Assembly: GCA_003694635.1 (NCBI GenBank)
Contig: RFKQ01000092.1
Span: forward strand, 1-47,926
DNA from: Planctomycetota bacterium
GTDB taxonomy: Bacteria > Planctomycetota > J132
DNA length: 47,926 nucleotides
Direction: 5' to 3'
Positions 47,900 through 47,926 of this stretch are shown here, one piece after another. The notes beneath the pieces are model-generated. The model was not told where the DNA came from. It saw nothing but the letters and a program-made list of their open reading frames with translations, and searched no databases. The first letter of the stretch is position 1. Each line of letters starts with the position of its first letter. Position numbers and translations under genes: made by a program.

Positions 47900-47926
47900 C
47901 CCAAACCAAGTAAGGATGTGCTTCAG

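Noticed and set aside
12-47904. Many short alternative-frame and antisense ORFs rich in P/T/H/Q or G/V/W (for example 2582-3151, 3273-3710, 42973-43722, 46390-46797)
   Set aside because: They overlap well-supported genes and are expected shadow ORFs given the extreme skew; no family motifs.

Overview
A gene-dense bacterial chromosomal window, mostly housekeeping and metabolic genes. A Planctomycetota-like origin is my inference from the PEGA lipoprotein, the ECF-like sigma/Ser-Thr kinase pair and the giant Ion_trans protein. Gene order: mtnA (partial), degenerate purC, PEGA lipoprotein | pnp, Hfq-like protein, purM, ABC ATPase, ECF sigma, asparaginase, NUDIX | rluD, methyltransferase, two secreted hypotheticals | sigma-like protein and kinase | nadC, MBL hydrolase, cinA, 1332-aa voltage-sensor protein | cdaA, cdaR, glmM, cNMP-binding protein, glnS, PLP lyase (minus strand) | orphan fusA | degenerate MCP and Hpt/CheW-like pair | saccharopine dehydrogenase, YfhO, hutH, MMPL, selA, acpP, and a fabF fragment fused to a HepT toxin fragment at the window end. 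I found no rRNA, tRNA, CRISPR array or transposase. The most notable signals are: (1) a PNPase abutting an Arg-rich protein with one clear and one degenerate Hfq/Sm domain, a candidate RNA chaperone/decay module; (2) extreme G/T versus C/A strand skew that ignores gene orientation and flips twice in 48 kb; (3) an apparently pore-less giant voltage-sensor protein; (4) several apparent pseudo-enzymes; (5) a REP-like dispersed palindrome, a duplicated selA 3' end and a fabF::HepT chimera. All calls come from reading motifs by eye; no searches were run.
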